From a virus, in the IMG/VR virus record IMGVR_UViG_3300045988_008799, positions 1 through 18,084 of that record: 18,084 bases of DNA. One strand, given 5' to 3'. This document shows positions 1 through 6,036 of this stretch, piece by piece (within the stretch, counting starts at the first letter, position 1; the number at the start of each line of letters is the position of its first letter). The position numbers and the translations under genes were made by a program. Under the pieces are notes generated by a model. The model saw nothing but the letters and a program-made list of their open reading frames with translations. It was not told the DNA's origin and did not search any database.

Positions 1-271
1 AGGAGGGGAGGGGCCCCAGCAGCTATCCTTTTCCTATAACTGCTCTATCCTGTGTTTTATATTGTTGTTGCTCTCTGTGTTTTTCATTGCCGTTCCTTCT
101 ATGTTGTTTGCTATTGTTTTCTGTGCTTCCCGTTTTGCTGCGTTCTTTGCTGTTGTCAGTTCCGCGTGTTGTTTTTGTCCCGTAGTCTAAGTGTGTTGTT
201 TTGTCGATGATCTAAGTGCGTGGTTTTATCGTGTTTTTTGTTTGCCTGGCGTGTCGTGTTTGGGGCATGGT
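1..271. repeat. Left inverted terminal repeat, perfect 271-bp copy
   Basis: The reverse complement of 17814..18084 matches 1..271 base for base (checked by hand in 60-nt blocks). The first mismatch is at 272 (a versus g). A degenerate extension runs to about 314. Confidence 0.97.
186..231 (+). repeat. Two 21-bp imperfect direct repeats inside the ITR (mirrored at 17854..17899)
   Basis: tctaagtgtgttgttttgtcg (186..206) versus tctaagtgcgtggttttatcg (211..231): 18/21 identical, with a 25-bp period. Confidence 0.8.
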
Positions 272-304
272 AGTATAGAACTATCAACCAATGGAACGGA
301 AAGG

Positions 305-664
305 ATGGTGGTTGAGATGATTGACGGCAGCGACGATACTCGTAACCTTACTCTTGAGGCTTGTCCGTTGGGCGTGTTGTATGAGGCGTTTCGTAACTAT
401 GATGATGTTACGGCGCTTTATGTGACCTCGCTTGGGAATGATGCAAAGCGTGTGGAATATGTGGAGGTTGAGTTTAAGGTTAGTGGTAATGTGCGGTTTA
501 GCATAAAGCCTGTGACCGAAAAACCGTTTGTGTTTTTTGTGTCTTGGGTTAGCGATGGTTATCATTATATTCGTGTGAACTTCCGTGACATTGCGCTTAT
601 GTCTCCTAAGAAAGTCGCCAGGTTTGTGGCGGCCTATGTTCGCGACCTTGCGTTCGGTATCTAA
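305..664 (+). CDS. Hypothetical early protein (119 aa)
   Basis: The ORF-track frame 191..664 is trimmed to the first ATG outside the perfect ITR. That ATG follows gaaagg, and the aggatggtgg motif could also serve the ATG at 317. No recognisable motifs. Confidence 0.6.
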   Translation: MVVEMIDGSDDTRNLTLEACPLGVLYEAFRNYDDVTALYVTSLGNDAKRVEYVEVEFKVSGNVRFSIKPVTEKPFVFFVSWVSDGYHYIRVNFRDIALMSPKKVARFVAAYVRDLAFGI

Positions 665-680
665 CTGGGTTAGTGGTTTT

Positions 681-752
681 TCCTCGCTAGTGTAATTGGT
701 GGTACGGCAGTCTTTGGAACTGTTTGTCTAGGTTCGATTCCTAGGCGGGGAG
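681..752 (+). tRNA. tRNA-Gln, anticodon UUG, no encoded CCA
   Basis: Hand-folded cloverleaf. Acceptor stem tcctcgc/gcgggga (7 bp, one G-U). D stem gtgt/gtac with loop aattggtg (GG present). Anticodon stem gcagt/actgt with loop c-t-TTG-g-a (U33, purine 37). 4-nt variable loop. T stem ctagg/cctag with loop ttcgatt. U8 and A14 are present. Confidence 0.85.
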
Positions 753-946
753 CGAATGGGTTGCGTAGGGTGGCCCGCTGATTATAAGGATGGTGGTTAT
801 CATGAAGCGTTTTCGTGATTTTTTTGCAGCATGTGTGGGAGTGGGTTAAGGTTGTTGCGTTATGGTTATTGATTGTAGGGGCTATTGTGTTGGGTTCTGT
901 GATTGGGCACTTGGTTATTGTTATCTAAGAAAGGACGTGTGAACGT

Positions 947-1189
947 ATGAGTTTTGTACCGATGACGTGGGACGCGGCCATGGCTACCGCCTACTACGAG
1001 CAGGGTTACCGTGCCGGTTTGACGCTTCCCGCTCATGCTATCCGCCCATTGGAGGATGCGGCGTGCGCTCATGGTTATTGTGATTGTTTCCGTGAGGGTT
1101 ATGCGCAGGGTGTGACGGAGCGTGAGCAGCGTCTGGCCGACTTGCATATCGTGGACGCGATAGTGAGGGGTGAAATTGACCGAGCCTAG
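947..1189 (+). CDS. Hypothetical small early protein (80 aa) with GYxxG repeats
   Basis: ORF with aaagga upstream. Contains YEQGYRAG and REGYAQG motifs. Paralogous in motif content to the next ORF. Confidence 0.6.
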   Translation: MSFVPMTWDAAMATAYYEQGYRAGLTLPAHAIRPLEDAACAHGYCDCFREGYAQGVTEREQRLADLHIVDAIVRGEIDRA

Positions 1190-1409
1190 CAGTATCATGG
1201 AGCTTTGCACGCAACTGTTTGCCCAGTGGACTGAGCAGGGCGCTCATATCGCCGCTGTGGAGGGGTATGAGCGTGGTGTGTTGGACGCCGCCGAGGGTAG
1301 GCCCGAACGCGAAACGCTTCCCTATGATATTCATAGGATGTATAAGGATGATTATCAACGTGGATACCGTGAGGGGTATTATCATGGAACCGAAGAACCT
1401 GAATTTTGA
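1170..1409 (+). CDS. Hypothetical small early protein (up to 79 aa) with GYxxG repeats
   Basis: The ORF starts at GTG 1170; alternative starts are TTG 1176 or ATG 1197. Contains the EGYERG and YQRGYREGYYHG motifs. Confidence 0.55.
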   Translation: MKLTEPSSIMELCTQLFAQWTEQGAHIAAVEGYERGVLDAAEGRPERETLPYDIHRMYKDDYQRGYREGYYHGTEEPEF

Positions 1410-1647
1410 TGAAATCGTATCACAGTATACGACAACAAGATACCGTGCCTACTTTTACATTCCCGGATATGATTATATCTACACCGATTGGTATTACGGC
1501 AAGAGCGGTCTTGATGCGCTGCAAACGTTGCGTAATATTGTTTGCAAGTCTGAGGTGGTGGAGGGTTCTGCCGGATACATCCAGTCACAGCGGGTGGTAG
1601 TGGCCAAGGCTGTGCGAATTGGCGGGGGTATTGAAAATGAAGAATGA
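1384..1647 (+). CDS. Hypothetical protein (87 aa), Tyr-rich N-terminus
   Basis: ATG 1384 lies 7 nt after gagggg, inside ORF-track frame 1219..1647. The upstream part of that frame overlaps the previous gene and looks non-coding. Confidence 0.5.
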   Translation: MEPKNLNFDEIVSQYTTTRYRAYFYIPGYDYIYTDWYYGKSGLDALQTLRNIVCKSEVVEGSAGYIQSQRVVVAKAVRIGGGIENEE

Positions 1648-2161
1648 TGATGACCGTACCAATTGGTTTGATGATGGCGTACTGGATGATGACCGTGTGC
1701 GCCGCGTCATCCGCGGCGGGCGGCGTAATCTGCACTTGCGCGAATACAATGAAGGTGAGGGTGATTGGGAGACGTTCTGCCGTACTGTAGCACTGCTCAA
1801 GGACTTCTATAAGCCCCAGGGCGCGCAGGTGGCGTTTGCGGACGGTATCGAACATGCGGCAAACGTTTGCCTGTCATTATCCCCGCGCACGTCCCGTGTC
1901 GGCGCGTTGGCGCGAACCCAGAACATTGAAGTGTTGGGCGGCGTCATCTATGCCCCGGCGATGGTGGCGTGGTGTGCGGTCTGCCATGTCAAGGGTGCGA
2001 CGTGCTATGAGATGTGCAAGATCTGGGACGGCAATGAATTCGCCCAAACCATCATCAAAATAGCGTGTCGTTGTTTTGACAATCTTACTGACGTGCGGTA
2101 TACTGATGAAGACGTGGCTAGAATGTCACAACAGCAGCAACAGCAAGAAAAGGCGGTATGA
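1637..2161 (+). CDS. Hypothetical protein (174 aa) with a CxxC-x6-CxxxC cysteine cluster and a C-terminal Q6 tract
   Basis: ATG 1637 within ORF 1619..2161. Cysteine cluster WCAVCHVKGATCYEMC plus CRC, and a poly-Q run at 2129..2146. Confidence 0.6.
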   Translation: MKNDDDRTNWFDDGVLDDDRVRRVIRGGRRNLHLREYNEGEGDWETFCRTVALLKDFYKPQGAQVAFADGIEHAANVCLSLSPRTSRVGALARTQNIEVLGGVIYAPAMVAWCAVCHVKGATCYEMCKIWDGNEFAQTIIKIACRCFDNLTDVRYTDEDVARMSQQQQQQEKAV

Positions 2162-2478
2162 TTATGGCATACATTAAGCGAGCAAAGCATTATAGTATTG
2201 TGCGCGGCGTTACGCGCGGCGAAGACGGGGAACTTGTTGACGCCGAGGTGGTCGTGGAAGGCGCGTGCCGCACGGCCGATATGGCTATGAAGAAGGCCCG
2301 TAAGATTAATAAGGACATGCTGCCCATGTCCGCCGAGTATCATGCGCAGGCGACGCGCATGGACGAGGCAATCTATTGGGCTAATTGTGAATTTGGGGAT
2401 GATACCGTTATCGATTATCCGGGGCCGGTGACCGGCAACGTGGTCGAGGATGATATCATCTCCGAGGAAAATAATTAA
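2158..2478 (+). CDS. Hypothetical protein (106 aa) with an acidic C-terminal tail; positional analogue of the phi29 p6 dsDNA-binding protein
   Basis: ATGA overlap with the upstream stop. Its size and acidic tail (VVEDDIISEENN), and its position directly upstream of the SSB-TP-PolB genes, mirror phi29 gene 6. The functional call is positional only. Confidence 0.3.
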   Translation: MIMAYIKRAKHYSIVRGVTRGEDGELVDAEVVVEGACRTADMAMKKARKINKDMLPMSAEYHAQATRMDEAIYWANCEFGDDTVIDYPGPVTGNVVEDDIISEENN

Positions 2479-2508
2479 TAATCCCTATAAGGAAAGGCAA
2501 CGATAATC

Positions 2509-2946
2509 ATGGCTGACAACGAACTGACCGTAACGAACGGTAACAATTTTGCTGCGAACGGTGCTAATGCCGTCTCCCACTTCTTCGACACCACCACCAT
2601 GGACGGTAAGATGGCGCTCTATAACGCCATGCAGACCGCCGACAAGGTGGACGAACACCTCAACGAGCCGCTGCATGTGACCAACGTGCTGGCGCAGGCC
2701 ATCGAGGTGGCGAATCAGGAAACCGGTGAAATCAACTCTTCTACCCGCGTGGTTATTCACGCGGAGGAGGGTGACTTTGCCGCCGCCTCCCCCACGTTGG
2801 CGCACTCTTTTGGCAATTTGTTCGCCATTTTCGGCACGCCGGACACGTGGGCTTCGCCGCTGACTCTCAAGGTGGTGGAAAAGAAGAGCCGCCGCGGCTA
2901 CAAGTTCTTCGACCTTGAATTGGTGTCGGAGAACAAGCGCAAGTAG
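2509..2946 (+). CDS. Putative phage single-stranded DNA-binding protein (145 aa)
   Basis: RBS aaggaaagg. The pattern ALYNAM...V.NV......ETGE......RVVI....G.....S......L..IFG.P.....PL.LKV resembles phage SSB families of Gram-positive phages as I remember them. It sits immediately upstream of TP and PolB, as phi29 gene 5 does. Confidence 0.45.
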   Translation: MADNELTVTNGNNFAANGANAVSHFFDTTTMDGKMALYNAMQTADKVDEHLNEPLHVTNVLAQAIEVANQETGEINSSTRVVIHAEEGDFAAASPTLAHSFGNLFAIFGTPDTWASPLTLKVVEKKSRRGYKFFDLELVSENKRK

Positions 2947-3009
2947 CGCGATTGTCCACACCATATGATAGCATGGTAATGTCCCTATAGGGATGTTGCC
3001 GCCAAACCG

Positions 3010-3044
3010 CACCCCCGTCGTTTTCCATCCTTGCGGCGGGGGTG
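3010..3044 (+). promoter_or_regulatory. Intergenic stem-loop (11-bp stem, one G-U) between the SSB-like and TP genes
   Basis: cacccccgtcg (3010..3020) pairs with cggcgggggtg (3034..3044). The loop is 13 nt and is followed by ttt. Possibly an attenuator or terminator. Confidence 0.35.
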
Positions 3045-3067
3045 TTTCACACTCGCAAGGAGGGGTC

Positions 3068-4012
3068 GTGGCAAAACGTAAAACCAATCGACGCGCCAAC
3101 AATCTGAAACGCAATGCCGCAATCAGGTCGGCGCAGGTACGCAAGGAACGGGCGGTAAGGGATTACAGTACCGGACGCCTCCCCAAGCAAATCACCGAAA
3201 CGTTCCTGGGCAAACTCAGCGCCCAACAGCTTGAGCAGGTAGCACGACGTATCGGGCGGGAGTTCGGGGAACAACAGCAAGCCTTACGGGCGCGGGATAA
3301 CGAACCGTATCAGGTCGTGCCCGACGTGCATATTACGAAACTTGACCGTGAGATGGCGGCGCGTCCGCTGATATCCGACGCGGAAATCGCCGCAGCCCCG
3401 TCAAAACGCAGGAAGACATTACGGCAGCAGCAGCGCCGACGGGTTGAGGCGCGGCAGAAAATCAAACGCGCCCAGCGATTCGAGGCGCTGAGCATGGCCC
3501 AATATACCGTGGGCGAAGTACGCGAAATGGAACGCGCGGGCGAATCACCGTTCGACGTGTTGGGTACTCATACGGTTGGTGGTTCGGCGCGGGATGAACT
3601 CACGCGCAATCGCGCGAACGTGTTCGGTACGGAACGTGGCATAAGCCACGCGCGCGCGATGATACGCGACGGGAATCGTAAGGGACTTGAGCGGGAAATA
3701 TTGGAGTACACCGGGCTTGTGGGGCGTGCGCCATTGCGCGCGGGAACCAAGCGGATACCCGATAGTGAGGGTGTCTCGGATTTTGATAGGGTTGAACAAC
3801 AGCTAGAAGCGTTCGACTCTAGTATCGCGCAAAAAATCGCGTCTTTATCGAACCGCCAAAAACGATGGCTGATGAACAACACGAATTTTAGCACCGTAGT
3901 ACGTGAGGCGACATGGTATAATGACAAGACACATAAATGGGAAACCAAGGCGGACGCGGGCGACGTGGAGACACGACTCGATGAATGGATGACCAGCGCA
4001 CTACGGCACTAA
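3068..4012 (+). CDS. Terminal protein candidate (314 aa, Arg/Lys-rich)
   Basis: GTG 3068 follows aaggagg (3057..3063). The gene lies directly upstream of the protein-primed PolB, as phi29 gene 3 does. The N-terminus is very basic (AKRKTNRRANNLKRN) and there is an internal KRRKTLRQQQRRR. No sequence-level match was recognised. Confidence 0.55.
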   Translation: MAKRKTNRRANNLKRNAAIRSAQVRKERAVRDYSTGRLPKQITETFLGKLSAQQLEQVARRIGREFGEQQQALRARDNEPYQVVPDVHITKLDREMAARPLISDAEIAAAPSKRRKTLRQQQRRRVEARQKIKRAQRFEALSMAQYTVGEVREMERAGESPFDVLGTHTVGGSARDELTRNRANVFGTERGISHARAMIRDGNRKGLEREILEYTGLVGRAPLRAGTKRIPDSEGVSDFDRVEQQLEAFDSSIAQKIASLSNRQKRWLMNNTNFSTVVREATWYNDKTHKWETKADAGDVETRLDEWMTSALRH

Positions 4013-4024
4013 AAGGATGGAATT

Positions 4025-5485
4025 ATGCGAGAGCGTCGAACGGCGGCAACAGACGGCGCAACGCTGTTGACGGATGACGGCATGGAACCATTGACCGCCC
4101 ATGCCGTCATCCGCCTCACCATGCTCGATCACCATACGCGCGTATGGTGCGCCCACGGATGGCAGGATATCAAGCCCATAGCCGCCGAGTTACTGAAACG
4201 CCTCCCCTTGCAGTCGAACCCCAGCAAGGATGGCGTATGGGGAACATTCAACATCCGCGGTCACTTCTACAGTTTCCGCGTACGCATGGGCGGCATCACC
4301 GTGGACTTTCTGGACGTGCGCAACATCACACGCGACGAGGGTTTGCATGTTTCACGTGAAACATTCGGAGGAACCACCGACTTGGAAACCACATGGAACA
4401 TCGCACGGGAATGCGACGCGCTGGATCTCAAGGGCACTACCATAGCCTCGATGGCGATGGCCGACTATATCGGCGGGGATTATGCCGGGTTCAAACGTCA
4501 TTTTCCACCACTGCCCAAGGATGATTACCATCGGATGCGACCCGCCTACTATGGGGCGATAGTGTACAGCAAGGAGGGGGAATATGCGGACGCCACCAGT
4601 TGGGATGTCAACAGCCTGTACCCGGCCATCATGCGAGACATGCCCATGCCGACGGGAATGCCGGAATGGTATGACGGAAAGTATCAATATGATGCCGACC
4701 ATCCACTTCACATCGATGTCATCGATTTCGACGCAAGGTTAAGACCCGGCAAAACGGCCACGCTCACCAATATTCTGCCAGTGTGGGGATATGAGGGTGA
4801 ACGCTTGGATAGCACGCTGGGCGTCATCACCATGCCGGTCACGGATGTGGATTGGGAGACGCTCACGGAAAACTATGATGTGCACGTGTGGGAGCATGTC
4901 GGCGGTTGGAAGTTCCGCAAATCGCATGGACTCTATTACGACTATGTGGATAAATGGTTCCACGTGAAACAATCCGCGACCGGAGAGCGCAAACAGATGG
5001 CGAAACTGTTGCTTAACTCATTGGTGGGAAAGTTCGGCGCCTCACTCTACCGGCCCATGCTGCACCCCAAGCCCTCCGTTGACGGTGGCGTGGATTTCAC
5101 CGTGGACAAACCGGAGTCAACCAACTCACTCGCATGGCTGCCGACCGCCGCCTATGTGAACGCCTACGGCAGGCAGGTGCTGTCCCGTGCGATGAACGCG
5201 AACGCCGACCGCGTACTGTACGCCGACACCGATGGCATGATATTGGCGGGACTGGACGCGCCCGCAGGTGTTGAAACGGATGACCGGAAACTAGGCGCAT
5301 GGAAAAACGACCACACATATACGAAGCTCCGTATCCTCGGCAATCGCAAATACTGCGGCGTGGAAACGGATGGCGCCACGGTCATGCGGTTGAGCGGCGT
5401 CCATCGCGCGGCCCCCATACCCTACGACGAATTCCTACCGGGGTCACGTCATCGCAATGATGACGGCCATGGTTTCGTGCTATAA
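4025..5485 (+). CDS. Family-B protein-primed DNA polymerase (486 aa), phi29 type
   Basis: YxGG/A motif = YYGA (aa 175-178). Motif A = WDVNSLYPAIM (nt 4604..). Motif B = KLLLNSLVGKFG (nt 5003..5038). Motif C = YADTDG (nt 5219..). KxY = RKY (aa 441-443). GKYQYDADHPLHI closely parallels phi29 GKYVWDEDYPLHI. Confidence 0.95.
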   Translation: MRERRTAATDGATLLTDDGMEPLTAHAVIRLTMLDHHTRVWCAHGWQDIKPIAAELLKRLPLQSNPSKDGVWGTFNIRGHFYSFRVRMGGITVDFLDVRNITRDEGLHVSRETFGGTTDLETTWNIARECDALDLKGTTIASMAMADYIGGDYAGFKRHFPPLPKDDYHRMRPAYYGAIVYSKEGEYADATSWDVNSLYPAIMRDMPMPTGMPEWYDGKYQYDADHPLHIDVIDFDARLRPGKTATLTNILPVWGYEGERLDSTLGVITMPVTDVDWETLTENYDVHVWEHVGGWKFRKSHGLYYDYVDKWFHVKQSATGERKQMAKLLLNSLVGKFGASLYRPMLHPKPSVDGGVDFTVDKPESTNSLAWLPTAAYVNAYGRQVLSRAMNANADRVLYADTDGMILAGLDAPAGVETDDRKLGAWKNDHTYTKLRILGNRKYCGVETDGATVMRLSGVHRAAPIPYDEFLPGSRHRNDDGHGFVL

Positions 5486-5623
5486 TAACCGGTAGCGGGG
5501 TGTGCGTCCCAAGCTGATTCGATGGCCCGACCGGTAGGCAATCGGTAAGGCGATTCGGTCGGATGTAGACGTGCGTAGCCAGCGCCCATTGACGGCGAGG
5601 GAACCCGCACAGCCTAGCAATCC

Positions 5624-5651
5624 GGCCCGGCAGCGTGATTGCTGCCGGGCC
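5624..5651 (+). terminator. Perfect 11-bp GC-rich stem-loop at the replication/morphogenesis boundary
   Basis: ggcccggcagc (5624..5634) pairs with gctgccgggcc (5641..5651), with loop gtgatt. There is no downstream T-tract, so its terminator function is uncertain. Confidence 0.4.
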
Positions 5652-5672
5652 ACTACCTTATAAGGGGTGATT

Positions 5673-6014
5673 ATGGACGATACCGAAAACAACGAGCCGG
5701 ACACCACGCCCGACACCGAGCCGGACGCCGGACCGGCCGACGATACCACGCCGAACCCGGAGCCCGAAACGCAGGACGATGGCGAACCGGAGGACGCGGG
5801 CGATGACAAGGACGCCGACATGGCCAACCGTCTCAGCGCCTTGGAGGCGACCGTGGCGGAACTATCCAAGACCATTGAGGCGATGCGCGACACGGCAGCC
5901 GACCACGTGTTGAACGACGGCCCGGACGCCGACGCGACGCCGGAATCGGCTGACATGACCGATGACGATTACAACGGCACCTACAGCACGTTCGATGACC
6001 TCTACGAAGACTGA
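5673..6014 (+). CDS. Putative scaffolding protein (113 aa, highly acidic)
   Basis: ATG 5673 follows aagggg. The gene is immediately upstream of the capsid gene, as phi29 gp7 is. It has an acidic P/D/E/T-rich N-terminal half followed by a helical segment, NRLSALEATVAELSKTIEAMRD. Confidence 0.5.
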   Translation: MDDTENNEPDTTPDTEPDAGPADDTTPNPEPETQDDGEPEDAGDDKDADMANRLSALEATVAELSKTIEAMRDTAADHVLNDGPDADATPESADMTDDDYNGTYSTFDDLYED

Positions 6015-6036
6015 CGATCAGAAAGGAACAACCATC

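Noticed and set aside
191-304. N-terminal extension of the first ORF into the ITR (ORF-track start GTG 191)
   Set aside because: It would place coding sequence inside the perfect ITR, and the mirrored copy on the right has no matching ORF. The first ATG with an SD-like sequence is at 305/317.
681-752. tRNA as a possible suppressor or recoding tRNA
   Set aside because: The anticodon loop reads C-U-UUG-G-A in the only register that gives a 5-bp stem. UUG is a sense (Gln) anticodon, and all ORFs terminate normally with TAA, TAG or TGA.
1038-1855. Minus-strand ORFs 1038..1385 (115 aa) and 1382..1855 (157 aa)
   Set aside because: They lie antisense to a tightly packed run of + strand ORFs that have SD sequences and overlapping start/stop junctions. 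There are no supporting signals.
2129-2146. caacagcagcaacagcaa as a microsatellite or phase-variation tract
   Set aside because: It is only six mixed CAA/CAG codons, not a pure repeat. It is more simply a short poly-Q tail.
2485-3144. 219-aa minus-strand ORF
   Set aside because: It lies antisense to the SSB-like gene and the TP 5' end. The composition is low complexity and it would break the co-directional operon. It is a shadow ORF.
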